64,000 nucleotides of DNA from an uncultured Eubacteriales bacterium (lineage in GTDB: Bacteria > Acidobacteriota > Aminicenantia > Aminicenantales > Aminicenantaceae), in contig CAYNVQ010000003.1 of assembly GCA_964400735.1 (NCBI GenBank), positions 1 through 64,000 on the forward strand, read 5' to 3'. Positions 31,579-41,478 of this stretch are shown piece by piece. A program made the position numbers and the translations under genes. Below the pieces are notes generated by a model. That model was not told where the DNA came from. It saw only the letters and a program-made list of their open reading frames with translations, and made no database searches. Positions within the stretch are counted from its first letter, which is position 1. Every line of letters begins with the position of its first letter.

Positions 31579-32492
31579 GGGCGTGGATTTTTTATAAAGA
31601 CGGAGGGGTGAAGAATACGGGCCAGCTGATCAAGAGCCAGGAATATGCGCGGGCCTAGCCGGGTCACCAGGTCTTCATCGAGATAATGGATATTCCCTTT
31701 TTGGACAGCCTGTATACCCTTTAAAAAAACCTCGCTGCTTAGCCAGTTTTCAATTTTGAGGAAATCTTCCTTCGATTTGGTGATGACAACGATATGTTCA
31801 GGGTCCTGGTGGATGAGCTCCTCCCGGTTGTAGGCAAGCCATGCCCGGGATATCTCCCCAGCAATATTTATCCCTTTGGCCGCAAGGACCAGATCATTCA
31901 GAAAGCTCTCCTTTCCACAGGTCCAGAATCCCTTGCCATGAAGATTGAGGAAGATCTTGGGCCTGTGTTCGACGTTTTTCAGAGCTACTTGGATATTCTC
32001 CAGATCATTCCGAAGCGAATTGACCAGATTTTCAGCTTCTTTTTCCCTCCGGGTGATGAGACCTATCCTTTCGATAAGAGAAAAAACAGTTTCTATTTCT
32101 TTTCCAGTTTCAAGGACGAAAATAGGAAGATCAAGGCCCTTGAAACGCTGGACGAGCCTCAAGGGATTTCCCCTGAAGGCGATGATGAGATCTGGATGAA
32201 GGTTGACGATTTTTTCTAAATCGGGGTCAACCATTCCTCCTATTTTTTCAATGTTCATGGCCTGCTTTGGGTAGTTGCAGTAGCGTGTCACTCCGACAAT
32301 TTCTTTTTCCAAACCCAGGGCGAAAAGAATTTCTGTAACGTTCGGAGCAAGAGATACGATCCGTTGAGGAGGTCTTCCCAGTATATGAATGTTCCCCAAA
32401 TCATCTTTGACGACAGGGTTCTGGATCGAGATGCCGATGTGGTTCAGCAGCAGCAAAAAGATCAGGAGTGGTCTAAAAGAATTTGGTCTCAT
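31575..32492 (-). CDS. Periplasmic substrate-binding protein, class III (BtuF/FhuD-like)
   Basis: 305 aa. Signal peptide. TroA-like fold motifs. Confidence 0.65.
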   Translation of the reverse strand: MRPNSFRPLLIFLLLLNHIGISIQNPVVKDDLGNIHILGRPPQRIVSLAPNVTEILFALGLEKEIVGVTRYCNYPKQAMNIEKIGGMVDPDLEKIVNLHPDLIIAFRGNPLRLVQRFKGLDLPIFVLETGKEIETVFSLIERIGLITRREKEAENLVNSLRNDLENIQVALKNVEHRPKIFLNLHGKGFWTCGKESFLNDLVLAAKGINIAGEISRAWLAYNREELIHQDPEHIVVITKSKEDFLKIENWLSSEVFLKGIQAVQKGNIHYLDEDLVTRLGPRIFLALDQLARILHPSVFIKNPRP

Positions 32493-33283
32493 TTCTCCTC
32501 AGATCTCTGAAAAACCAAAGAGATTTCCGGGAGTCCGGAGCGCAGGTTATCCCTTACTGTCACCTCAGCTTGGAAGACTTCGAGTATTTTTTCTTCGGTG
32601 ATGAGTTCCGATGGGGTTCCCAGAGAGTGGATACCCCCTTCCTTCAAGAAAAGCAACCGCTGGGAATAAGGGATAGCCAGATTGATGTTGTGCTCGGCGG
32701 AAAGAATGGTTTTGCCTTTCTCCTTTTGGAGCCTTTCCAGGATTTGGTAAATTTCGACTTGGTAGCTTATATCCAGATGAGCACTGGGTTCGTCGAGAAA
32801 GAGAAGGGGTGTATCCTGGGCCAAAGCCCGGGCGATGAAAACCCTTTGCCGTTCTCCTCCGCTTAGATGGGCTATTTTTTTTTCTCTCAAATGAGAAATG
32901 GCTGTCAGATCCATGATTTCCTGGATGACCTTTTTGTCTTCGTGAGAAGCTCCGCTCAATCTTTTCTGGTGGATATATCTGCCCATCAGTATGATCTCTT
33001 CCACGCTGAATTCGAATGAGAGGGGATGCAGCTGGGGAACATAAGCGATTTTTTCAGCTACCTTATCAGGTTTCATCGAGAATAAATCTTTCCCCTCTAT
33101 CAGAACCCTCCCCGATACGTTTTTAAGCAGTCCTTGAATGGCCTTTATGAGAGTGCTTTTTCCCGACCCGTTTCTCCCGAGAATGGATAAAAATTCCCCC
33201 TCGTTCAGGACGAAGGAAATGTTTTTTATGACGTCGCCGTTGCCATACCCAGCCGAGAGATCGATTATTTTTATGACGTCCAT
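32489..33283 (-). CDS. ABC transporter ATP-binding protein (BtuD/FecE-like)
   Basis: 264 aa. Walker A GRNGSGKST, signature LSGGERQRV, Walker B LLFLDEP. Confidence 0.85.
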   Translation of the reverse strand: MDVIKIIDLSAGYGNGDVIKNISFVLNEGEFLSILGRNGSGKSTLIKAIQGLLKNVSGRVLIEGKDLFSMKPDKVAEKIAYVPQLHPLSFEFSVEEIILMGRYIHQKRLSGASHEDKKVIQEIMDLTAISHLREKKIAHLSGGERQRVFIARALAQDTPLLFLDEPSAHLDISYQVEIYQILERLQKEKGKTILSAEHNINLAIPYSQRLLFLKEGGIHSLGTPSELITEEKILEVFQAEVTVRDNLRSGLPEISLVFQRSEEK

Positions 33284-33696
33284 TGTGCACCAAACATTGA
33301 ACTTTACTATTTTTTCCTACTGGGTAAAGCGTGTCAAGTTTTGATCCTGTGATGGGAGGGCAGTATTATGGACACAACGAAACAGGGATAGGATTGACGC
33401 TTGTTTGGATGATGAACGGGGAGACCTTCAGTTGGCCGGTAGCTGTTTGGCTGAAAAGATGGCGAACCCAAGGATAAAAAGGGAAACCGGTATAGTTCTG
33501 AGGTCATTATCTTGACTTTTGTAAGGGAGGAATTTAATATTTAAGATTGAATGTCGTAACGAGAAACATACAGAGATAATCCGTTATTTTTCCTCAACTT
33601 CAAACCCTTAAAGAACTGGAATACGAAAGATGCGGGAACAAAAAATATTTGGGCTGAAGGCAAGCGGGCCTCAAAAGAAACCCAGAGGTTAGCAAA

Positions 33697-36183
33697 ATGA
33701 AAGAAGAATATCAATTCGATATCATCGAGAAGAAGTGGCAGCAGATCTGGGAAGAGCGCGGAGTGTTTACCTTTTGCGAAGATTCCCAAAAAACGAAATA
33801 TTACTGCCTGGAAATGTATCCTTATCCTTCGGGACGCATCCACATGGGGCAAATCCGTAACTATACGATCGGTGACGTGATCGCTCGCTTCATGATAATG
33901 AGAGGGTTCAATGTCCTTCATCCCATAGGTTGGGATGCACTCGGAATGCCGGCCGAGAACGCCGCCATCACGCAGGGAATTCATCCTCAGAAATGGACCT
34001 TGGGCAATATCTCCCATATGAAAAAACAGCTGAAAAGGCTGGGATTCAGCTACGATTGGTCCAGGGAAGTGAACACCTGTCTACCGGATTACTACAAATG
34101 GAATCAGTGGATATTTCTTAAAATGTTCGATAAAGGTTTGGCCTATCGAAAAAAAGGCTGGATCAATTGGTGCCCTTCTTGCCAGACTGTATTGGCCAAT
34201 GAGCAGGTCATCGGGGAGAGATGCTGGCGGTGTGACGCCATTGTGAAGCAGAAGGAAATGGAGCAGTGGTTCTTAAGGATTACAGACTATGCAGAGGAGC
34301 TTCTTGCTGGTCATGAAGCCCTTGAGAAATGGCCGGAGCATGTCCTTTTGATGCAAAAAAATTGGATAGGTAGAAGCACAGGAGGTCACATATCCTTTCC
34401 TGTCGCCGGCTCTTCCCAGATTATCGAGATATTCACCACGAGAGTGGACACGATTTTTGGAGCGACTTTTATGGCCTTATCCCCAGAACACCCCTTGGCT
34501 CAGCAGCTCATCGCGGATTCTTCCCGAAAAGAAAAACTAAAGGCGTGGATCGAAAAAAGCATCGCCGAGCAGCGCCTGCGCAAAGATCCGGGAGAGATGG
34601 AGAAGGAGGGAATAGACACAGGGAAAAAAGCCATCAATCCTTTTACAGGAGATGAGATCCCGATTTGGGTTTCCAATTATGTCCTGATGGAATATGGGAC
34701 AGGAGCGATCATGGCGGTGCCGGCGCACGACCAGAGAGATTTCGAGTTTGCCAGGAAATATTCCCTGCCCATCAAGACAGTTATCATGCCCGAAGGAAAC
34801 ACGCTCCCGGATGAATTGGACAATGCCTTTGAGGGGACAGGCGTTGTGGTCAATTCTGGCGAGTTCTCGGGGTTTTCCTCTCAAGATGCTTCCGATAAGA
34901 TGGTCGATCATGCTGTCAAGAAGGGATTTGGACAAAAAAGCACACTCTACCGGCTTCGGGACTGGGGAGTTTCGCGCCAACGCTATTGGGGAACACCTAT
35001 TCCCATCATCTACTGCCCGAGGTGTGGAGTGGTCGGTGTGTCCTATGAGGAACTCCCCGTGACTTTGCCGCCAGATGTGGAGTTTAGGGGCGAGGAAGGT
35101 TCGCCTTTGGAAAAGGTGGATAGTTTTGTTCACGTCCCTTGCCCCAAATGCGGGGAAGAGGCCAGACGCGAGACAGATACCATGGATACTTTTTTCGATT
35201 CTTCCTGGTATTACTTTCGCTATTGTTCCCCCCATGAAGACAGGATGCCTTTCAATCCTCAGCCCGTCAATTATTGGCTGCCGGTGGATCTCTATATAGG
35301 CGGCGTAGAACACGCCATCCTTCACCTTATTTACGCCCGGTTTTTCTGTAAATTTTTGAGGGACTTCGGTTTAACGACCGTCGATGAGCCTTTCCCCCGT
35401 CTGCTCGCCCAAGGCATGGTGACCAAAGACGGGGCTAAAATGTCCAAGTCAAAGGGAAATGTCGTGGACCCCGACGATATAATCCAAGAATATGGCGCTG
35501 ATACTCTGAGGCTCTTCATACTTTTTGCCTCTCCTCCGGAGAAGGAATTCGCTTGGAAAGAAAAGGGCATAGAAGGATGTTATCGGTTCCTCCATCGACT
35601 ATGGGCCTTTTTCCAGGAGAACAGGAACTTTTTTGAGAAAGAACCGCTGCCAGAAAATAGACAGGCTTCGGAGGGAGATGAGGGAGTTCGTCGGACCAGG
35701 ATCAAGATGCATCAGACGATAAGAAAAGTATCGGAGGATATTGAAAAAAGGTATCATCTGAATACAGCGATTAGCTCCATAATGGAATTTTTCAACCTCC
35801 TTAAGGCGGAGAGAGAGGAGCTTATCCGGAGCCATGAAGGCATATGCCTGTTAAAGGAGTCTCTGGAAAACATGCTCATCCTTCTTTCTCCTTTTTCTCC
35901 CCACCTTTGTGAAGAACTTTGGCAGACGGCCGGGAAAACCACCATTCTTGCCCAGACACCTTGGCCCCTCTATGACCCGGAGCTGGCCAAAGAGGAAACA
36001 TTGACTATAGTGGTCCAGGTCAATGGTAAACTGAGGGACAGGTTCGAGGTCGAAAGGGACACAGGGGAAGAAAAACTGAAGGAAATAGCCTTGAGTTTAG
36101 GAAAGATCAAAAGCTTGATAGGCGAAAAAAAAGTGAAGAAAGTGATTACGGTCAAAAATAAGCTGATCAACATCGTTATTTAA
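33697..36183 (+). CDS. leuS: Leucyl-tRNA synthetase
   Basis: 828 aa. HIGH-type motif (PSGRIHMGQ) and KMSKS. Confidence 0.95.
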   Translation: MKEEYQFDIIEKKWQQIWEERGVFTFCEDSQKTKYYCLEMYPYPSGRIHMGQIRNYTIGDVIARFMIMRGFNVLHPIGWDALGMPAENAAITQGIHPQKWTLGNISHMKKQLKRLGFSYDWSREVNTCLPDYYKWNQWIFLKMFDKGLAYRKKGWINWCPSCQTVLANEQVIGERCWRCDAIVKQKEMEQWFLRITDYAEELLAGHEALEKWPEHVLLMQKNWIGRSTGGHISFPVAGSSQIIEIFTTRVDTIFGATFMALSPEHPLAQQLIADSSRKEKLKAWIEKSIAEQRLRKDPGEMEKEGIDTGKKAINPFTGDEIPIWVSNYVLMEYGTGAIMAVPAHDQRDFEFARKYSLPIKTVIMPEGNTLPDELDNAFEGTGVVVNSGEFSGFSSQDASDKMVDHAVKKGFGQKSTLYRLRDWGVSRQRYWGTPIPIIYCPRCGVVGVSYEELPVTLPPDVEFRGEEGSPLEKVDSFVHVPCPKCGEEARRETDTMDTFFDSSWYYFRYCSPHEDRMPFNPQPVNYWLPVDLYIGGVEHAILHLIYARFFCKFLRDFGLTTVDEPFPRLLAQGMVTKDGAKMSKSKGNVVDPDDIIQEYGADTLRLFILFASPPEKEFAWKEKGIEGCYRFLHRLWAFFQENRNFFEKEPLPENRQASEGDEGVRRTRIKMHQTIRKVSEDIEKRYHLNTAISSIMEFFNLLKAEREELIRSHEGICLLKESLENMLILLSPFSPHLCEELWQTAGKTTILAQTPWPLYDPELAKEETLTIVVQVNGKLRDRFEVERDTGEEKLKEIALSLGKIKSLIGEKKVKKVITVKNKLINIVI

Positions 36184-36200
36184 CCTGAGAAAATTCAGAT

Positions 36201-36728
36201 TTGTTTATAGAGGTTCTGATGAGAAAACTCGCTCTGCTTTTCATCCTTTGTTTGGTATCCTTCGAATGCGGCTATCATCTTCGAGGGACAGGAAGTTATC
36301 TTCCTCCGCATATCAAAGTTCTCCACATCCCGATGTTTACCAACCGGACAACCCGGTTCGAGCTGGATGTGAAACTAACCCAGCGTGTGATCGATGAGAT
36401 GGTTGCACGCGGAAAGCTGGAAATTACAGCGAATGAAGATGCATCGGATGCCGTGTTGATCGGCGAAATCCTTGCCTTCCGTGCGACTCCTATCGGATTC
36501 GGGGAGGAGGCAACGGCCGACCGCTACAGCATTACGATAGTGGCCAAGGTGTTGATGAGAGATCTCGTTCAGAAGAAAGTGATTTTTTCCAACCCGTCTT
36601 TTGTCTACCAAGGAGAATATGAGGTGCCGGAGGGTACAGATTTCGAGTCGGTGGAGACCGAGGCCATCGATGAGATAGCTGATAGATTTGCCAGAAGTCT
36701 CGTGGTGGCCATTCTAGAGGGATTCTAG
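36201..36728 (+). CDS. lptE: LPS-assembly lipoprotein LptE
   Basis: 175 aa. Lipobox followed by CGYHLRG (compare E. coli CGWHLR). Conserved leuS-lptE-holA synteny. Confidence 0.7.
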   Translation: MFIEVLMRKLALLFILCLVSFECGYHLRGTGSYLPPHIKVLHIPMFTNRTTRFELDVKLTQRVIDEMVARGKLEITANEDASDAVLIGEILAFRATPIGFGEEATADRYSITIVAKVLMRDLVQKKVIFSNPSFVYQGEYEVPEGTDFESVETEAIDEIADRFARSLVVAILEGF

Positions 36729-36733
36729 GGGAA

Positions 36734-37795
36734 GTGTACAGTTTCTTTCTGAGAAAAGAAATCGACGAAAAGAGCGTTCATCCCTGTTATTTTTTCTATG
36801 GAGAGGAACCTTTTCTCGCGGAAGAGTTTATCCAGGAGCTTCAAAGGTCCTTGATCTCTCCGGAAGAAAAGGATTATCACGTCGAAAAATACGATCTCGA
36901 GGAACATTCTTGGATGGAAATCATGGACGGAGCCAGGACCCTTCCTTTCTTTTTTTATTCCTGGCGGATCATCCTGGTGAGCCTTCCCTTCGGGAAAGGA
37001 GAGCACCTCTCATCCGCCGAGGAGAAGGTCGTCAAAGACTATTTTTCTTCCCCTTCCTTCCAGACGGTTTTGGCGGTTGTCTATCCGTTTAAGTTGAAAA
37101 GAAATACTTTGATTTTTCGGTTATTTACATCCCTTCCTGCCTCTCTCGTTCATGTTAAAGAGCTTAAGCCCCTCAAAGGGAGAGCCTTGATCGGCTGGAT
37201 GGAGAGAAAACTTAGTTCGCTGCAAAAAAGAGCGACCCAAGAAGCGATAGGAAGGATTGCGGAACTGGCGGGCGGCAACCTCACTCGTCTGAACAGTGAA
37301 CTGGAAAAGATCTCTTCGTTCACTGGGGAAAAGAAGATCATCGAGCTGGATGACGTCAATGCCGTTTTAGGATGGATCAAATCTTTTTACGAATGGGAGA
37401 TCGTGGACGGGCTTGAAAAGGCAGATTTGAAAAAAAGCCTGATGGTTCTCGACCAACTCTTCAGAGAGGGTGAAAGGCCTGAATTCATTCTGGGTATGAT
37501 AGCCAAATTTTTTCGGGATATTTTTATGGCCAAACTATGGCTCCGAGAAAAAGAAAAGGATAAAAAGGAAATTTTTAAAGAATTGAGACCCCATATCCAG
37601 GAAAGATTTGGAAATTTTTACACCGACAAGTTTAGAAATTTTTTTTCCCTCGTGGAGAAAATCCCGATAGAGGGCCTGGATCAATGGCTTTCCGAACTGA
37701 GGGAGATCGACCTGAAGATAAAAACCTCAGATCTTTCCGCACAGATATTGCTCGAAAAATTCCTCCATAGCTATTGTCGGTTGAGATTAGCTTAA
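36734..37795 (+). CDS. holA: DNA polymerase III delta subunit
   Basis: 353 aa. Its position after leuS-lptE and a delta-subunit-like N-terminus. Confidence 0.7.
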   Translation: MYSFFLRKEIDEKSVHPCYFFYGEEPFLAEEFIQELQRSLISPEEKDYHVEKYDLEEHSWMEIMDGARTLPFFFYSWRIILVSLPFGKGEHLSSAEEKVVKDYFSSPSFQTVLAVVYPFKLKRNTLIFRLFTSLPASLVHVKELKPLKGRALIGWMERKLSSLQKRATQEAIGRIAELAGGNLTRLNSELEKISSFTGEKKIIELDDVNAVLGWIKSFYEWEIVDGLEKADLKKSLMVLDQLFREGERPEFILGMIAKFFRDIFMAKLWLREKEKDKKEIFKELRPHIQERFGNFYTDKFRNFFSLVEKIPIEGLDQWLSELREIDLKIKTSDLSAQILLEKFLHSYCRLRLA

Positions 37796-37798
37796 ATC

Positions 37799-38077
37799 TT
37801 ACTTAGAAGGGGAGGGGTTGATCATTTCGACCTGCCGGTTTAAGCGAGATTTGTACCGGCTTCCTGTATTTTTGTGGATGGTTCCTTTTTTTACGGACTT
37901 ATCTATTATGGAAAAGGTGAGAGGCAGAAGCTTTTCCGCCTCCTCCCGGTCTTTTTTTGCAATGGCTTCTCTTAATTTTTTCAATTGTGTGCGCAAGATA
38001 GATTTGTTTTTCCTGTTGATCAAATTCCGGTGTTGTGAACGTCTGTCCTGGCGTATAGCCGACTTGTGCTGAGCCAT
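37799..38077 (-). CDS. rpsT: 30S ribosomal protein S20
   Basis: Begins at the internal Met, MAQHKSAIRQDRRSQHRNL. 92 aa, a typical S20. The 20-aa extension in the ORF track is not part of it. Confidence 0.8.
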   Translation of the reverse strand: MAQHKSAIRQDRRSQHRNLINRKNKSILRTQLKKLREAIAKKDREEAEKLLPLTFSIIDKSVKKGTIHKNTGSRYKSRLNRQVEMINPSPSK

Positions 38078-38157
38078 TTTTTTCTCCTCAAATAAAAATG
38101 TATGATATGATATCTTGTGTTTGAAGTCAACCGCCATGGTGATGAGGCAAGCATCCT

Positions 38158-38346
38158 GATTTCCGTGACAAAAAAACAGTCAGACAGAATGGTCCGTCAG
38201 CCCGCTGGTTTTCCCCAGCGAGGAAAACCAGCTTATTCCTCGGCTCACTCTCCAACCTGCCAGTAAAGCTTGCTTTCCATGCCCGCTCGCCTCCGGATGG
38301 CTCCCTAACCATCCTGCCTGACTTAAAAAGAAATCGTCACGGAAAT
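38158..38346. repeat. Intergenic repeat element copy A, about 189 bp, with 11-bp terminal inverted repeats (atttccgtgac ... gtcacggaaat)
   Basis: Shares extended identity with 43538-43680. Contains an internal 10-bp hairpin, ctggttttcc/ggaaaaccag. On the minus orientation it ends in a U-run 60-80 nt before the rpsT start. Confidence 0.7.
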
Positions 38347-38495
38347 TAGGATGCTTAAGGCGATGAGAAGGTATCCCTGGATCCGAAGAGCGTTGGTTTC
38401 GGTGCTTTTTTGTAAAGGGAAGAGGCCGACAGGACTTGTGAGTGATATCGATGGCTGAAGCGAACAAGAGGACCACCTGATTTCAAGGAGGAAAG

Positions 38496-38954
38496 ATGAA
38501 GATAGTCCTTCAAAGGGTTAGCGAAGCGTCCGTTTCCGTCAATGGAGAAGTGGTCGGAAGGATCGGGCGGGGCGTATGCCATCTAGTGGGCATAGAAAAG
38601 GGAGATGCGGAGGAGGATGCGTGCTATTTGGCCCGAAAAGCTGTAGAACTGAGGATATTTCCCGACGATGAGGGAAAAATGAACCGGTCTTTGATCGATG
38701 TCTCGGGCGATGTCCTGGCTGTTTCCCAATTCACGCTGGCCGGTTCTATTCAAAAGGGAAGAAGGCCGAGTTTTGATAAGGCTGAAGAGCCGGTTCGGGC
38801 GGATCGGATTTTTCATTTTTTTGTTGAGCAATTGAAGAAGACAGGATTGAAAGTCGAGACAGGAATTTTTCAGGCGATGATGAAAGTTCGTTTGATCAAC
38901 GATGGCCCTGTAACCTTTATCTTGCAGGGCAAAAACCGATTAGCTAAACTTTAG
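38496..38954 (+). CDS. dtd: D-aminoacyl-tRNA deacylase
   Basis: 152 aa. MKIVLQRV...SQFTL motifs. Confidence 0.85.
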   Translation: MKIVLQRVSEASVSVNGEVVGRIGRGVCHLVGIEKGDAEEDACYLARKAVELRIFPDDEGKMNRSLIDVSGDVLAVSQFTLAGSIQKGRRPSFDKAEEPVRADRIFHFFVEQLKKTGLKVETGIFQAMMKVRLINDGPVTFILQGKNRLAKL

Positions 38955-39500
38955 CTGGCTGGCCTGTTGAAGAGCCTGTCGGGCGGATGCCCTGACAAAA
39001 GAGCTGCTATCCTTGGCGAGTTCTGCGAGAAGAGTTAGGGCGTTCTCCGTTCCGATTTCGCCGAGTGCACAGGCGACAGTGCGGCGAACCTCGATATTGG
39101 GATCGTTCATCAAGTTTTTTATGTGATCTACCGATGAAGGCTCCTTTCTCAGCCCAAGAATTTTGAGGCAGCCTGCTTTAGCATACCAGGGAGGATTCAA
39201 GAGTCTTCGGTACAAAAGATTGAGATCGAAGTTGTCTCTTGTTCCGAGTTCCTTTATGATGAGATCTCGTATTTCCTCACTGGGATCGTCCAGGCATTGG
39301 ATCAAAATTTCGACGATCCACGGCATCTTGGATTTTGTGGTTTCTTTGATGATCTCCGATCGCAACTGTTTGTCTTTTGCTGCTCGAATCTTATTTAGGG
39401 TATCGTTAAGTAGAGATTTTTCTCCGGTTTTTTTAGCCTTTTGTTTTTTTTCGGCTCTATCGATTTCAGGGAATAATAATCCCGACTTTTTTTCTTTCAT
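38940..39500 (-). CDS. HEAT-repeat (PBS-lyase type) protein
   Basis: 186 aa. Repeated DPxxxVRxxAAxALG-like HEAT motifs. Confidence 0.6.
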   Translation of the reverse strand: MKEKKSGLLFPEIDRAEKKQKAKKTGEKSLLNDTLNKIRAAKDKQLRSEIIKETTKSKMPWIVEILIQCLDDPSEEIRDLIIKELGTRDNFDLNLLYRRLLNPPWYAKAGCLKILGLRKEPSSVDHIKNLMNDPNIEVRRTVACALGEIGTENALTLLAELAKDSSSFVRASARQALQQASQLKFS

Positions 39501-39649
39501 TCCATCCGCTTACCCTTTTTGAATACCCCCCATTTATATAATAGATAGCAAAAAAGTGCAAATGACAGTTGTGGCTAAAATCGGGCGTGTTTTTCTTCAG
39601 GCGATGCTTTCAGTCATGAGAAATCTGAGAGCGAAGGAAGTCCAGCGGG

Positions 39650-40912
39650 CTACACCAAGTCCAAAATATGCCCCATTTTTTCCTTTTTGGTCCTTAGGTA
39701 ATGGATGTTGGATTTACAGGGAGGTATCTCTATGGAAACACGTTCGACAATCTCCAGCCCATAACCGGCGAGACCGATAAATTTTCGGGGATTATTGGTG
39801 ATCAACCGGAGCTTTTTTACACCCAAGGAGACTAAAATCTGTGCGCCTATCCCATAATCCCTCTGGTCGGGTTTAAAACCGAGTTTCTGGTTGGCCTCTA
39901 CCGTATCGAGCCCCCGTTCCTGCATGGCATAGGCCTTTATTTTGTTGACCAAGCCAATGCCTCTTCCTTCCTGGTCGAGTATGTAAAGGACGATTCCCTT
40001 CCCTTCTTTGTTGACTATTTCCATAGATTTGCGGAGTTGGTCTCCGCAATCGCAGCGCATGGAACCGAAGGTATCGCCGGTCAGGCATTGGGAGTGGGCG
40101 CGGACAAGGGTGGGCTCGTCGGGATCGATCTCTCCTTTGACGAGGGCGAGGTGGTTCTCCCTGTGTATGGTGTCTTCGAATATCATCAGACGGAAGTCCC
40201 CATATTTTGTGGGAAGATGAATTTCCTCGATTTTTTTCACCAGGCACTCGGTTTTCATGCGGTATTTGACCAGATCGGCAATGGTTATGATCGGAATGTC
40301 ATAGGTTTGGGAGAATTTTTCGAGCTGAGGAAGGCGGGCCATTGTCCCGTCTTCATTCATGATTTCGCAAATGACGGCAGCAGGGGTCAATCCTACCAGC
40401 CGTGTTATATCCACCGAGGCTTCCGTCTGGCCTGTTCTCTCCAGAACCCCTCCATCTCGTGCCTGAAGAGGGAAAATATGCCCGGGACGGGCAAGGTCAG
40501 AAGGTTTTGTCTGGGGATCGATGGCGACCTTGACGGTATGGGCACGGTCAGGGGCAGATATTCCGGTGGTGATTCCATTTTTGGCGTCGATAGAAACAGT
40601 GAAGGCTGTTTCAAAGGGAGCAGTGTTGTCCATGACCATCAAAGGAAGGCTTAGTTCTTTAAGCCGCTGTTTTGTCAGGGGAAGACAGATCAGCCCCCGT
40701 CCGTATTTCGCCATGAAATTGATGATATCGGGCGTGACCTTTTCCGCGGCCACCATGAGGTCGCCTTCGTTCTCACGGTCTTCATCATCGACGATGATAA
40801 TGACCCGGCCCTCTTTGACCGCTTTGATGGCCTGTTCGATGGGAACCTTCCCTTTGGTGTTCTCCATTGCCTTGGACATTTCTTCTCTTATTCTTTTAAT
40901 TTCGACATCCAA
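39650..40912 (-). CDS. ribBA: Bifunctional 3,4-dihydroxy-2-butanone-4-phosphate synthase / GTP cyclohydrolase II
   Basis: 420 aa. DHBP synthase block [17 protein letters not shown] zinc motif CDCGDQL. The true start is probably an internal Met (MENTKG), which would remove the overlap with ribE. Confidence 0.9.
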   Translation of the reverse strand: MDVEIKRIREEMSKAMENTKGKVPIEQAIKAVKEGRVIIIVDDEDRENEGDLMVAAEKVTPDIINFMAKYGRGLICLPLTKQRLKELSLPLMVMDNTAPFETAFTVSIDAKNGITTGISAPDRAHTVKVAIDPQTKPSDLARPGHIFPLQARDGGVLERTGQTEASVDITRLVGLTPAAVICEIMNEDGTMARLPQLEKFSQTYDIPIITIADLVKYRMKTECLVKKIEEIHLPTKYGDFRLMIFEDTIHRENHLALVKGEIDPDEPTLVRAHSQCLTGDTFGSMRCDCGDQLRKSMEIVNKEGKGIVLYILDQEGRGIGLVNKIKAYAMQERGLDTVEANQKLGFKPDQRDYGIGAQILVSLGVKKLRLITNNPRKFIGLAGYGLEIVERVSIEIPPCKSNIHYLRTKKEKMGHILDLV

Positions 40913-41478
40913 TTATACACGTATTTCCCGATTATGTCACACTCGATGTTCACTCTGTCCCCGACCTTACGCCAGCCCAAATTGGAGCTTTCTAAAGTGA
41001 GGGGAATCAGTTCTGCCTCGAATGAAGAGGACTTGATCTCGGCAATGGTCAGACTGACCCCATCGACGGCTACGGACCCCTTGGGAATGAAGTAGGGTCT
41101 AAGGTCGGAAGGAAAGGAGACGGATATTCTCTTTCCGGCCCCTCTTTTCTGCAGTATCAAGACTTTTCCGGTAGCGTCGATGTGCCCGCTGACGAGATGT
41201 CCGCTGAGAGGAAGAGAAAGTGTTAGCGAGGACTCTAGGTTGAGCCGGTCTCCTCTGCGCAACGATCCTAGGTTGGTACGATTCAATGTCTCCTGCGAAA
41301 GATAAAAAATAAGAGCGTCTTTTTCTTTCTGCATCAGGGTGAGGCAGACACCGTTGACGGCTAGGCTGTCACCGATTTTCAGATGGGATTGGAGTCGCTG
41401 AGCCTTGATAGCCAGTTTTTGTTTCCCCAGTTTATATTCTTTGAAAATTCCGATGTGTTGAATGATTCCTGTAAACAT
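40888..41478 (-). CDS. ribE: Riboflavin synthase alpha subunit
   Basis: Starts at [10 protein letters not shown]. The start/stop overlap with ribD has the form TGATG. Confidence 0.85.
   Translation of the reverse strand: MFTGIIQHIGIFKEYKLGKQKLAIKAQRLQSHLKIGDSLAVNGVCLTLMQKEKDALIFYLSQETLNRTNLGSLRRGDRLNLESSLTLSLPLSGHLVSGHIDATGKVLILQKRGAGKRISVSFPSDLRPYFIPKGSVAVDGVSLTIAEIKSSSFEAELIPLTLESSNLGWRKVGDRVNIECDIIGKYVYNWMSKLKE

Noticed and set aside
33541-34017. 158-aa minus-strand ORF overlapping the leuS start
   Set aside because: It overlaps the leuS N-terminus and promoter region and has no features. It is probably spurious.
34537-35325. 262-aa antisense ORF inside leuS, and similar long antisense ORFs such as 1123..1383, 40037..40654, 60629..61591, 10679..11323, 12271..12798
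   Set aside because: They are embedded in the opposite strand of strongly supported, conserved genes. They have no recognisable domains. This is the typical shadow-ORF pattern.
38127-38476. ORFs 38127..38312 and 38180..38476 on the minus strand, and the 20-aa N-terminal extension of rpsT
   Set aside because: They lie entirely within repeat copy A. S20 aligns from the internal Met (MAQHKSAIR...).
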